This document shows, piece by piece, positions 1 to 9,034 of a stretch of 29,469 nt of DNA; the first letter of the stretch is position 1, and each line of letters opens with the position of its first letter. The notes beneath the pieces were generated by a model. That model searched no databases. It saw only the letters and a list, made by a program, of their open reading frames with translations, and was not told where the DNA came from. The position numbers were made by a program, and so were the translations under genes. This DNA comes from a virus. The stretch covers positions 1 through 29,469 of the IMG/VR virus record IMGVR_UViG_3300005939_000029; one strand, given 5' to 3'.

Positions 1-16
1 GAGTAGCGTCTAAGAA

Positions 17-847
17 ATGGCTATCCCCTCGACCGTAGTAGACGAGGTTCCCTACGCCTCCCCGGACGACGTTCTGAAACACGTCCGGAACCGGGACGGG
101 TTCTCCGACCCCGGGGAGTCGGAGGTTATCAGTATGTTACTCGACCGGACGGAGTTCGTGGACTCTCGGACTAACAAAGCGTGGAGGCGGCGGGAGGCGA
201 CACATACGCGCCCCGTGAAACTCTCTCACCTACAGAAACACTCTCGACACAGGCGGCGGAGTCGCTACTCCTCCGGGCGGCGTCTCCGAGATCCGACAAA
301 GGTAGCGGACGCGTGGGCTATCGTTCAGTTACCCGCGCTGGACGTGGAGAGTATAACCGAACTCGTCCTCTACCGCGGACGGAACTACGACGACCTAACG
401 AGTAGCGGTGGAGAGGCGTCCGAGTCGGTTCTCTCCGACGACGACTATATCATAGAACCCGACCGTGGGCGGCTAAAGATCCACATAAACGCGGTTACGG
501 TCGGGAACGTCTCCGCCTACGGGAAAGCCCTCGTAGACGACGCTACCGCCCGGGTGAACTACCGCTACGGTCCGGACGAGAGTTCCGCGGCTACGGAGGT
601 CCAGAACGGGAACGTCTCCGGGACCTCGAACCCCGCGACGACGACGGAGGGCGTTTCCTCGTCCGTCCCGGGGGACCTCCGGGACGCTGTGGGGAAACTC
701 GTCGCCTCGGACATAGCCCGTATGGACTCTCTCGGAGATATGTTCCGGACCTCCTCGGAGGCGGATCTCGACCTCACGGACGCCGCGGACAGTCTCCGGT
801 CGGACGCTATGGAGGCTATTCAGGAACACAGGAGGGCGGTTCCGTAA
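17..847 (+). CDS. putative head-tail adaptor/connector protein
   Basis: 276-aa acidic ORF. The N-terminal 'PYASPDDV' resembles the Y-x-S/T-x-x-D-V start of gp15/gp6-like adaptors, and the ORF lies first in a neck-tail gene cluster. Confidence 0.55.
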   Translation: MAIPSTVVDEVPYASPDDVLKHVRNRDGFSDPGESEVISMLLDRTEFVDSRTNKAWRRREATHTRPVKLSHLQKHSRHRRRSRYSSGRRLRDPTKVADAWAIVQLPALDVESITELVLYRGRNYDDLTSSGGEASESVLSDDDYIIEPDRGRLKIHINAVTVGNVSAYGKALVDDATARVNYRYGPDESSAATEVQNGNVSGTSNPATTTEGVSSSVPGDLRDAVGKLVASDIARMDSLGDMFRTSSEADLDLTDAADSLRSDAMEAIQEHRRAVP

Positions 848-1401
848 TGGCTAACGTCTCTACGGATCTGAACGACGACGCCTTAGAGGAGATCCGTCGA
901 GGGTTCGACGTAGAGGGCGCTTACGGCTATACCGCGGACCACGCCCCCTATGTCAATTGGGAAACGACCTACGCCGGGACCTCTCCTCCGTTCTCGCCTA
1001 TCCGGGAGTGGGTTCACCGAAAGTGGAACGACCTCGACGCGGGTATGAAAGACGCCGCGGTATCGGATCCCTCGGAGGTCACTACCTCGGAGTGGAAAGA
1101 CGCGGTAGCGTGGTTAGTCGTGAACGCTATCGCAAAGAACGGGACCGTCGCGGTCCGGTTTATGGAGAGGAGTATGGAGAAAGCAAAGGGGGCGCTGGAC
1201 TCCATAGAGACGCCCTACGCGAACTCGGAGGACCCGTCCGCCCCGTTCAAGATAATGCGGGACTTTCTGGACTTTGCTTTCGGCGTTTCACAGGACATAG
1301 TAGCGGACGAGGCGACGGACACGGGCGGACTCCTACAGTCCGGCTACGTGGACGTTCAGGAATTGAACGGGGAAAACTCGTTCGAGAAAGAGGGTAAATA
1401 G
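847..1401 (+). CDS. HK97 gp10-like neck/tail-completion protein (possibly circularly permuted)
   Basis: Motifs 'ADHAPYV', 'PPFSPIREWVHRK', 'AIAKNGT..RFMERS' and 'DTGGLLQSG'; TAATG coupling to the upstream gene. Confidence 0.55.
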   Translation: MANVSTDLNDDALEEIRRGFDVEGAYGYTADHAPYVNWETTYAGTSPPFSPIREWVHRKWNDLDAGMKDAAVSDPSEVTTSEWKDAVAWLVVNAIAKNGTVAVRFMERSMEKAKGALDSIETPYANSEDPSAPFKIMRDFLDFAFGVSQDIVADEATDTGGLLQSGYVDVQELNGENSFEKEGK

Positions 1402-1403
1402 AA

Positions 1404-1850
1404 ATGGTAGATCCCGACCACGACACTACAGGAGTCATAGAAACGCTACTCTCGGACGCCGCGAACTACTCGAACGGGAAACCGGACGTGGTTCGCGTCC
1501 GTCGAGACGAGAAAAGCGTCCCTCCGGGGACGAACGAGTATATCCTGATAGCGGACACGTCCGAACACTTCGAGAATTGGAGAGGGGCGCGGACGACGCT
1601 GGACCACGGTTCCGCTGTGTTCGCGGAGGCGAAAGTAATAGACTCTCACGCCCGACGGGTCGAACTCAAAGACGACGTGGTTCAGATCCTCCGGGACGTT
1701 CGAGACGACACGGAGGCGTCCGCGAACGGGCTTTCTATCGGGTCGTGGGACACGGTGGACTACGAATATACGTTCCCGGACGAGGAGATATTCGACGTGT
1801 TCCCGATACAATTCACGTTTACGTTCCGCGCCTACTCCCGGACCGCGTAA
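1404..1850 (+). CDS. putative tail terminator/completion protein
   Basis: 148 aa, directly upstream of the tail tube gene. The call rests on synteny and size only. Confidence 0.4.
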   Translation: MVDPDHDTTGVIETLLSDAANYSNGKPDVVRVRRDEKSVPPGTNEYILIADTSEHFENWRGARTTLDHGSAVFAEAKVIDSHARRVELKDDVVQILRDVRDDTEASANGLSIGSWDTVDYEYTFPDEEIFDVFPIQFTFTFRAYSRTA

Positions 1851-1852
1851 TC

Positions 1853-1872
1853 CCGTAGGCTATCCTTAAGGG
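1853..1872 (+). promoter_or_regulatory. putative promoter of the tail tube gene
   Basis: CGTAGGCTATCCTTAAGG in an intergenic gap, about 28 bp before the ATG at 1900. Confidence 0.45.
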
Positions 1873-1899
1873 TCCTCCGCGGGGAGAACGCTGTAACGT

Positions 1900-2919
1900 A
1901 TGAGTATCAGCGGTTCCCCACAGAAAGGACACGACTCCCGGATCCTCGTCGGGCTACAGGACGAACAGCGGACGACCGTAACCCCGACGAGACACCTCGG
2001 AAAGATAGAGGAGGAGACGGAACACCCGGACCCGGAGGTTTCGTGGAACGAGGAGTTCCTAATCGGGACGGGTCGAGAAATGAACGCGAAAACGGAGGGT
2101 CAAAAGGTCTACGAGGGCGGGTCCTACCCGGTTATCCCATACGACGGCTACCCTCTCGCGGTCCTCCTCGGATCCGAGACGTTCACCGCGGACACGCCCT
2201 CCGCCGGGACGAACGAACACGTCCTTACCGCGGCGGGGGCGTCCGCGGGGTCCGCGACGCCGGTCCCTCCGTCCCTCACGGTCGAGGCTACTCACCTCGG
2301 ACGGGGCGGGGCGTCCGACTTTGTACGGACGTTTAACACGGTCGTCCCGACCTCCGGGGAGATCTCGTTAGATAACGAGGGACGCCTCACTACGACGCTG
2401 GACACTATCGCTATCGGCGTCCAGAGGGGGAGTAGCCCGACCTCGGACCCGGGTATGCCGGACCGGAACCCGTGGCTGTTCTCGGATCTGTCCAGCGGGT
2501 TCACGTTCGACGGGACGACCGTCGCCCGGTTAGAGGAGTTCACTATCTCCATTAATCAGAACTCCTCCGCCCGACACTACATAGAGTCCACCCGCGCCCC
2601 GGACCCCTACGAGATCCTTTACGGGGGACAGGTCGGGTATGAGTTCACGGCTACGGTTACGGTCGTGGATAGCACTTTCTACGACGAACTACAGAACCCG
2701 ACCGCGGGCGGCGTGGACGCGTCTATGAAGTTCTCGAAAGCGAACGGGGACGCTGTGGAGTTCTCCCTCACCGGGAATAACCTCACGGACGCCGGACACG
2801 CGACGCCCCGCGGGGAGGGGGCGGAGGACGACACTCTACAGGTAGAAATGAATATCGTTCCCGAAAGCCTCACCGTTACGTTCGAGGACTCCAGCTCGAC
2901 ACAGGGTTATCTCGCCTGA
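1900..2919 (+). CDS. major tail tube protein
   Basis: 339 aa, beta-rich (e.g. 'LEEFTISINQN', 'YEFTATVTV'), immediately upstream of the chaperone pair and tape measure gene. Confidence 0.75.
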   Translation: MSISGSPQKGHDSRILVGLQDEQRTTVTPTRHLGKIEEETEHPDPEVSWNEEFLIGTGREMNAKTEGQKVYEGGSYPVIPYDGYPLAVLLGSETFTADTPSAGTNEHVLTAAGASAGSATPVPPSLTVEATHLGRGGASDFVRTFNTVVPTSGEISLDNEGRLTTTLDTIAIGVQRGSSPTSDPGMPDRNPWLFSDLSSGFTFDGTTVARLEEFTISINQNSSARHYIESTRAPDPYEILYGGQVGYEFTATVTVVDSTFYDELQNPTAGGVDASMKFSKANGDAVEFSLTGNNLTDAGHATPRGEGAEDDTLQVEMNIVPESLTVTFEDSSSTQGYLA

Positions 2920-2941
2920 ACGGTTCGGGGAACCACTTTTC

Positions 2942-2965
2942 GTTAGCGTCCGATATTTCTTTAGG
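2942..2965 (+). promoter_or_regulatory. putative promoter of the tail chaperone gene
   Basis: TTAGCGTCCGATATTTCTTTAGG, about 25 bp before the ATG at 2989; resembles the recurring viral promoter motif. Confidence 0.45.
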
Positions 2966-2988
2966 CCCTCCCTACGGTTCTGTATAGT

Positions 2989-3531
2989 ATGCCATTTCAG
3001 GAGACGCCGGAGGACGTAGAAACCGGGTCCTACTCGGACGCGACAGTAGACGAGACGGAGACGGTCGAGGAGTGGATCCGCCTCACCGTCGAGGACTCCG
3101 AGACGGGCGAACGGAAAGAAAAGGCGTTCGGGTTCGTTCTAATCCCGGCGGAAAACGTTAGCTGGCCTAAGAAACAGCGGATCGTTCAGTCCGTCGCGGC
3201 GGAGAGTAAGGGAGGGTTCGACTTTGTGGACTACTACTCCCGTATGTTCGACTATCAGGTTCAGGAGACGAGTTTCCTCCCGGACCATAAGACGGTGAAA
3301 GAGTGGGCGACGGAAAACGCCTCGAAAGATCTCCTCTCAAAGTTGGAGGAACACGTCCCCGACCCTATGGATATGGGAGAGGAGGGTATCACGGAGGGCG
3401 TCCTCGACGTTCTCGAAACCTACGCGGAGTCGGACGCGGGTTCGTGGGACGCGGACGTGGAACATTTCCGGGCGTGGCTTAAGGAACAGTCCGGCGTAGC
3501 GGAGGGCGACGAGGGAAAGTTAGAAGGATAG
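2989..3531 (+). CDS. tail assembly chaperone (lambda gpG analogue)
   Basis: Lies between tail tube and tape measure genes and carries an in-frame G GGA AAG slippery heptamer near its 3' end. Confidence 0.75.
   Translation: MPFQETPEDVETGSYSDATVDETETVEEWIRLTVEDSETGERKEKAFGFVLIPAENVSWPKKQRIVQSVAAESKGGFDFVDYYSRMFDYQVQETSFLPDHKTVKEWATENASKDLLSKLEEHVPDPMDMGEEGITEGVLDVLETYAESDAGSWDADVEHFRAWLKEQSGVAEGDEGKLEG
3513..3519 (+). other. -1 programmed ribosomal frameshift slippery site GGGAAAG
   Basis: Zero-frame codons GAG GGA AAG (3511-3519) give X XXY YYZ = G GGA AAG, identical to the lambda G/GT site. The -1 frame is open from here to 4022. Confidence 0.8.
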
Positions 3532-4022
3532 TCCGGGGGAAAGAGGTCGAGGATCCCCGGGCTATCCCGTGGAGTCGGGAGTTCGTGGAACTCCTCCTCC
3601 TGAAAGAGGGCGTCCCGCTGGACGCGGTAGCCCCGACGAGTGAGGTCCATACCGTCGAGGAGGAGAGACACGACACAGCGGCGTCTCTCGCCCGCCTGTC
3701 GCCCACGACAGTCCGGGCTATGTCCGTAGGTACAATCACCCTCGGAGTTATCGCCCTCGTAGAGACGGGGCTGTGGACGCCTCTCGCGGTAGCCGTAGCC
3801 GCGGCGGTCGGGATAGAACAGATCCGGGACCTCGACGCCCCCGACTCCGTAACTAAGACTCATAAGGTAACGAGAGGAGGTCTACCTGAACAGAAACTAA
3901 TGCGCTACCTCGTTATGTCGAACGAACTTCAAAAGATGGAAACGGAGGAACGGGAAAAGGCCCGTAAGAAAGCGGAGGGGCGACAGAACGCCCGTTCCGC
4001 TATGTCCGGGAGGCGGTTCTAA
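3513..4022 (+). CDS. frameshift extension of the tail chaperone (gpGT T-part; listed as 3585..4022 in the ORF track)
   Basis: The -1 frame reads GKVRRIVRGKEVEDPRAIPWSREFVELLLLK... with no stop until 4020-4022, and its stop overlaps the tape measure ATG. Confidence 0.7.
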   Translation, partial: GKVRRIVRGKEVEDPRAIPWSREFVELLLLKEGVPLDAVAPTSEVHTVEEERHDTAASLARLSPTTVRAMSVGTITLGVIALVETGLWTPLAVAVAAAVGIEQIRDLDAPDSVTKTHKVTRGGLPEQKLMRYLVMSNELQKMETEEREKARKKAEGRQNARSAMSGRRF

Positions 4023-5320
4023 TGGTAAAACTCGGGGAGGTCTTTTGGGTAGCGTCCGTTAAGGGAGGCGACGACGCGGCGGACACAGCCTCCGGTCTAC
4101 AGGATAACTTAGAGGGAGTCGCGGAGTCCGCGGTCGGGGCGGCGTCCGCACAGAACGACTACGGGGGACAGGTCGAGGAAAACACGAAACGGACGGAGGA
4201 GGCGAACCGCTGGACCTCGAAACTCGACTCCTCGACCGGACTCCTCGGATCCGCGCTGTTCTTTGCGGCGGATATGTTCGGCGTCGCGGGAGTCGCTACC
4301 ACCCTCTACGAGGGCGCGTTAGCCTTGGCGACGAGGGGGACCGCCCTCCTCACCGGGTCGAGTATCACCCTCTCCGGGGCTTTGGGAACCGTCTCCGGGG
4401 CGGCTACGACCGCGTGGGCGGCTATCGCCGGACCCGCGGGGTTAGCGGCGGGGCTGTTCTTAGCCGTAGTCGGGGTCGGACTCCTCGGATCTGAACTCCT
4501 CGGACTCACGGACGTAACCCCGGTCGTCCAGTCCGAAACCGATACTATGACCTCGACGTTCGCGGATCTCGCGTTTCTCGTCGGGGGTCCTCTCGTCGGG
4601 TATATGTCCGCGGCGTTCTCCGCGCTTACCGGGGACTGGACCGCGGCTAAAAACAAGTTCGTGAATACGTCCGTCGAGTGGGCGAAAGCGGCTACCCGGT
4701 TCACGTCGAAAGCCATACTCGGATTTCAGGCGTTCGGGATAGCCGTAAAGACCGGGATAGGGGCGGCGGTCGAGGCGGCGGACTACGTATGGAGGGCGGG
4801 ATGGAACGGGATCCTCACGTTCTCACAGGGGATAGTGAACGACATAGCGAACTCCATAATCGGAGGGATAGAGGGGGCGATTAACTCCGCCAGCGGCGGG
4901 CTGAACTCCCTTATCCAGATGGTGAATAAGATCCCGAAAGTCTCCATAGATCCGGTCGGGCGCGTCTCCCTCGGAGGTCGGAACCCGCTGGACGTGGGCG
5001 CGGGGACCGTCCAGAACGAGAGTATGTCCTCCCGTATGGCCCGGGTCCGGAACCGTGGGAACCGACAGTTACGGTCCGCGACGGAAACCGCCCGCGCCCG
5101 TCTCGACCGGTTCGCCCCCGACACTATCGGAGGGTCCCGACAGACCGCCCGCCCCGGAGAACAGCCCGGGACGAACGTTCAGGAACAGAACGTAAGTGTC
5201 TCCGTGGACGGGTCGAACGGGGATTTCTCGAATATGTCGAGGTCCGAGTGGAAAGAACTCGCCCGTATGATAGGGGAGGAGGTCGGGTCCAACACAGGCG
5301 ACTTAGCGGGAGGTAAGTAA
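4022..5320 (+). CDS. tape measure protein (short, 432 aa)
   Basis: Ala/Gly-rich, helical, with hydrophobic segments; follows the chaperone pair. Confidence 0.75.
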   Translation: MVKLGEVFWVASVKGGDDAADTASGLQDNLEGVAESAVGAASAQNDYGGQVEENTKRTEEANRWTSKLDSSTGLLGSALFFAADMFGVAGVATTLYEGALALATRGTALLTGSSITLSGALGTVSGAATTAWAAIAGPAGLAAGLFLAVVGVGLLGSELLGLTDVTPVVQSETDTMTSTFADLAFLVGGPLVGYMSAAFSALTGDWTAAKNKFVNTSVEWAKAATRFTSKAILGFQAFGIAVKTGIGAAVEAADYVWRAGWNGILTFSQGIVNDIANSIIGGIEGAINSASGGLNSLIQMVNKIPKVSIDPVGRVSLGGRNPLDVGAGTVQNESMSSRMARVRNRGNRQLRSATETARARLDRFAPDTIGGSRQTARPGEQPGTNVQEQNVSVSVDGSNGDFSNMSRSEWKELARMIGEEVGSNTGDLAGGK

Positions 5321-5325
5321 TACGT

Positions 5326-5781
5326 ATGACACAGATAGGTTCAGTCCAACTTACGCGGAACGACGGGACGGAGACGTTCGACTTTAAGGCTACCTCCGTC
5401 GAGTATTCAGCCTCGAACGGGGTCGTAACGTCCAGCGTTATCTCCGCCCTCCGGGAGGTCATAGGCGGGAAACTCGTTATAGAGAACGAGACTATCGTAG
5501 TGAAAGCGGACGTGAAAAATATGGACTCCGACCAATTCCCGAACTCCGGGACCTACTCGGACGAGGACTTAGGTTTCGAGTCGGAACTCCGTCGCGCACA
5601 CAAAGAGTGGGGGTTCGACACTACGGACGGGTTCGACCTCCTAACGTGGGGTCCGCGTCCGGACTTTCAGGGAGTCTTTACGGACATTACCGTAACGGAG
5701 GACACACAGGACGCGGAAATGGGCGCGGGATCCTACAGCGTCGAGGTCGAGTGGACCTACCTCGACGCGTTCATTAGTTAG
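5326..5781 (+). CDS. putative distal tail (Dit-like) protein
   Basis: 151-aa beta-rich ORF directly after the tape measure gene; synteny-based call. Confidence 0.45.
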   Translation: MTQIGSVQLTRNDGTETFDFKATSVEYSASNGVVTSSVISALREVIGGKLVIENETIVVKADVKNMDSDQFPNSGTYSDEDLGFESELRRAHKEWGFDTTDGFDLLTWGPRPDFQGVFTDITVTEDTQDAEMGAGSYSVEVEWTYLDAFIS

Positions 5782-5785
5782 ACCT

Positions 5786-7219
5786 ATGGCTTTCACAGTT
5801 ACAGTAGGCGGGACGACCGTGGACGGGCTTTTCGAGGTGAACTACTCCGGGGCGGACACGGATAAACTCGGAACCGCGGAGGTTCAGGTAAAGAACTCCG
5901 CCTCTAATCGGGCGTTCGAGTTCGGGGACGAGGTGATAATCCAGCGGGACGGGGAGACTGTGTGGACCGGCTACCTCGAAAAGAAACCGCCCACGGGGTC
6001 CCGGAACCTGAAACTGAACCTCACCGCCCGGGATAAGCGGGAGGAACTACAATTCGTGGAGGTTCACCGTCCGTGGTATAACCGCGACTCCGGAGAGGTC
6101 GTGGAGGAAATGGTGAACACACAGGTCCAGCCCCGGAGTCCGGTCGTCGTCCACACAGGCGACGACCTCGACGGGTGGAGTTCGGACGTTCCCGTGTTCG
6201 AGTTAGCGGACCTCCCCTCCGTCGAGTTTAACGAGTATGGGTCCGACCTCCTCTTTCTCTACTGGGGAGAGGGAGAGTCCGGGACGTTCTCCGTTACCTA
6301 CGACGACGTTCCGTTTTCCGCTGTGGACGACGCGGAGATCCTGTGGTTCGAGACGCGCTACGCGTTCAATAACGAGGGCGGGTTCTTTTCCGCGGAGGTC
6401 GAACTAACGGACGACTCCGGGACCTCTATGGTATGGGATCTCCCCGTCCCGGACGGAGTGGAGTTCACGAAACAGCGTCTCCCGCTAGAGGAGGCGACGA
6501 CGGACGGGGCGGAACTCTCCGGATCCCTCGAACTCGAATATCGGATTAGTCTCTCCGGGAGTCTCCCGGAGGCGCGGGCGGGAGTGATAGACTACGCCCG
6601 GACCCGACCGTTCGGAACGCGGTCGGGGGACACGGGACTGTCCACGGTGGACGTTCAGGACTCCGGTCGAGAGATAACGAGGCGGTTCGACGCCTCCGTT
6701 TTCGAGGCTATCGCACAGTTAGCCGTAGAGGACGGGGCTACGTCGTTCGTGGACGAGGACGACCACTTACACTATGAACCGGACGGGGACACGGACGCCC
6801 CGGAGAGTATATCCTACTCCTCTACGCGGGTCGTGGACATAGAACCGAACCGGGACGCGACGGACATAACGAATAAGGTCGTCGTTCAGGGGGCGGGAGA
6901 TCTACAGGTCCCGCTAAAGTCCTCCGCCTCTATCTCGTTCTACGGCGTCTCCTCCCGGGAACGCCCTCTCGTAAACAAAGAGATCCAGAACGAGGGCGAA
7001 CTCCGGGACTACGGAGAGGGCTACCTTTCGGAGGAGGCGTGGGAGGACACGGACGTTACGTTTACCGTCGCGGATCCGGCGTTTAAGAACGTCCGAGTGG
7101 GACAGTCCCTCTTTGTGGACTGGCCCCCGGAGGATCTGAACGGCTACTTTACCGTCTCCGAGGTAAGGACTGATACCGCTGGACGAGTAGAGGTAGGCGT
7201 AACGGGGTCGTCCGCCTAA
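5786..7219 (+). CDS. putative baseplate hub/Tal-like tail protein
   Basis: 477 aa. The features 'VWTGYL', 'FVDEDDHLHYEP', 'DATDITNKVVVQG' and a C-terminal 'VRVGQ..V..P' are typical of hub proteins. Confidence 0.55.
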   Translation: MAFTVTVGGTTVDGLFEVNYSGADTDKLGTAEVQVKNSASNRAFEFGDEVIIQRDGETVWTGYLEKKPPTGSRNLKLNLTARDKREELQFVEVHRPWYNRDSGEVVEEMVNTQVQPRSPVVVHTGDDLDGWSSDVPVFELADLPSVEFNEYGSDLLFLYWGEGESGTFSVTYDDVPFSAVDDAEILWFETRYAFNNEGGFFSAEVELTDDSGTSMVWDLPVPDGVEFTKQRLPLEEATTDGAELSGSLELEYRISLSGSLPEARAGVIDYARTRPFGTRSGDTGLSTVDVQDSGREITRRFDASVFEAIAQLAVEDGATSFVDEDDHLHYEPDGDTDAPESISYSSTRVVDIEPNRDATDITNKVVVQGAGDLQVPLKSSASISFYGVSSRERPLVNKEIQNEGELRDYGEGYLSEEAWEDTDVTFTVADPAFKNVRVGQSLFVDWPPEDLNGYFTVSEVRTDTAGRVEVGVTGSSA

Positions 7220-7998
7220 TGTCCAGTCTCACACAGAAAGAGAAACTACGCGCCCTCGGAGTGAAAGCCCCCACCGTCCAGAATAACCCCTACCTCTCGC
7301 CGTTCGACGCTATTCGAGAGGAGAAAGACTACTCCACGTTTACGTCCGACGTGAACGGACAGGCGTCCTTTGCGGAGTTCGAGACATACCTAACCGACAC
7401 TATCGGCGTGGGGTCGGAGTCCGCGTCCCGGTTCCGACAGCGTATGGAACAGAAATACGAGACGTTCGGGGACTTTGGGACCGCCCTCTCCGGGTTCTCG
7501 TCCTACGACGAGTGGATAAACTCGTTCAGCTGGGGGACGACCATAGCCGGGGACGAGACGGACGGAGAACAGATCTCCGCCGGGATCCGTATTCACGGAG
7601 AGGACGGACTCTCCTACGACGGAGTGGGAGTTCCGAAAGGGACCTTAGAAGTGTTCGGCCCGCGGGTCGAGTTATCACAGACACCTCCTCCGATAGACGC
7701 CTCCTCGTCGTTCTCGACCGCGAACCTACAGGTAAGCAAAACCCTCCCGTCGCCCTACGAGACTATCACTATCTCCGCGGACATTACGAACGACTCCGGC
7801 TACGGGCTGGACCATACCGCGAAACTCACGGAGGACGGACAGGTAGTGAAAAGTAAAACCGTCTCGTTTGCGGCGGGAGAGACGAAAACCGTCGAGTTCA
7901 CGCGCAGATATACCGACTACGTGAGTGTGGACGTGAAAGTGAACGAGGCGGGTCCGACCACGGTTACGGTTATCCCGCAGGGACTACAGGTATTCTAA
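7219..7998 (+). CDS. tail protein with a C-terminal Ig-like (CARDB-like) domain
   Basis: C-terminus 'TITISADITNDSG...TAKLTEDGQVVKSKTVSFAAGETKTVEFT' matches the CARDB/Ig pattern. Confidence 0.55.
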   Translation: MSSLTQKEKLRALGVKAPTVQNNPYLSPFDAIREEKDYSTFTSDVNGQASFAEFETYLTDTIGVGSESASRFRQRMEQKYETFGDFGTALSGFSSYDEWINSFSWGTTIAGDETDGEQISAGIRIHGEDGLSYDGVGVPKGTLEVFGPRVELSQTPPPIDASSSFSTANLQVSKTLPSPYETITISADITNDSGYGLDHTAKLTEDGQVVKSKTVSFAAGETKTVEFTRRYTDYVSVDVKVNEAGPTTVTVIPQGLQVF

Positions 7999-7999
7999 T

Positions 8000-8989
8000 A
8001 TGGTGTACTCCGCGGACCGCTACATAGCCGAGAACAGGCGGGACATACGCCGGACGGAGGCGAACTTTATAGAAGCCCCGGAGTCCGGATCTATCTCCCT
8101 CACGTTCGGGCGGAACGTAGTCGAGGTCGAGGTAACGGGAGAGGTCTACAAACGAGATCTGAACGACTCCCTGATAGTCGGACACCCGAACGGATCCGAC
8201 CACGGGATAGGGACCGGGGCGGTCGGGGACCAAAGGGGAGACTGGACCCTCGTCGCCTCGGACGAGGACTCCGGCGAACTCGTCCGCGACGGTCGAGGCG
8301 CTATCCGCGACGCGCTGGACGGACAGGAGGGCGGCGTCCGAGAGGTCGGAGTCGGGATCGGAACCTCCGGGGCGAACTCCGGGGACCGGACCCTCGTCTC
8401 CCTCTCCTCGAAAACGAACGGGGCGACAGATAAGCCCGCCCCGAAAGCGGCGGGCGCTATGGGCGTGTTCCGGTTTCACGAACACGAAAACGAGGCGACG
8501 GAGTTCGGCGTCTACGACGTAGACGGATCCCTGATAGCCCGCCTCACGTTCTCCGGCGTGAACCCGACCCCGGAGGAGGAGGTCCGCGTCCTCGTCTCCC
8601 TCACCGTCTCCGGAGAGGGCGTAGGCGACTCCGTGTTTACGGACGACGGAGAGATAGCGATAGCGGACGCGCTGAACCTCCCGAAACAGGTCGTCGGACT
8701 GAACGAGATAGCGTTCGGAACCGGGTCTACGGAGTTCAGTAAGTCGGACACAGGACTCACGTCCGAGATTATCAGTAAGACCGTTATCCGGGACCTCGAA
8801 TTAGAGGCTATCCGCGCCCGGACGAAACTCTACGAGAGTGAACCCGCCTCACAGCCCGTAGATCTCTCGGAAATGGCTGTATTTGATAACTCCTCGACGC
8901 CCCGTATGCTGTGGGCGACGACGTTCAGCCCGGAGGAGAAAGTAGACGGCGTTCCCCTCACGGGGACGGTCGGGTTCAGGATAGAGTAG
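8000..8989 (+). CDS. tail/baseplate protein with two tandem tail-collar-like domains
   Basis: Two related units: 'GIGTSG..SGDRTL...TEFGVYD..G.LIAR.TF' and 'AFGTGST..SKSDTGL...SEMAVFD....MLWATTF'. Confidence 0.5.
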   Translation: MVYSADRYIAENRRDIRRTEANFIEAPESGSISLTFGRNVVEVEVTGEVYKRDLNDSLIVGHPNGSDHGIGTGAVGDQRGDWTLVASDEDSGELVRDGRGAIRDALDGQEGGVREVGVGIGTSGANSGDRTLVSLSSKTNGATDKPAPKAAGAMGVFRFHEHENEATEFGVYDVDGSLIARLTFSGVNPTPEEEVRVLVSLTVSGEGVGDSVFTDDGEIAIADALNLPKQVVGLNEIAFGTGSTEFSKSDTGLTSEIISKTVIRDLELEAIRARTKLYESEPASQPVDLSEMAVFDNSSTPRMLWATTFSPEEKVDGVPLTGTVGFRIE

Positions 8990-8992
8990 TCG

Positions 8993-9010
8993 CGTAGGGA
9001 ACTTTTTAGC
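8993..9010 (+). promoter_or_regulatory. internal promoter of the tail fibre module
   Basis: CGTAGGGAACTTTTTAGC; the TTTTTA box lies about 26 bp before the ATG at 9035. Confidence 0.55.
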
Positions 9011-9034
9011 GGGTTCCCCGGTAGGTTCCTCCTA

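Noticed and set aside
3537-3543. Second GGGAAAG just after the chaperone stop codon
   Set aside because: It lies past the zero-frame stop, and in the -1 frame it is phased GGG AAA G, not X XXY YYZ.
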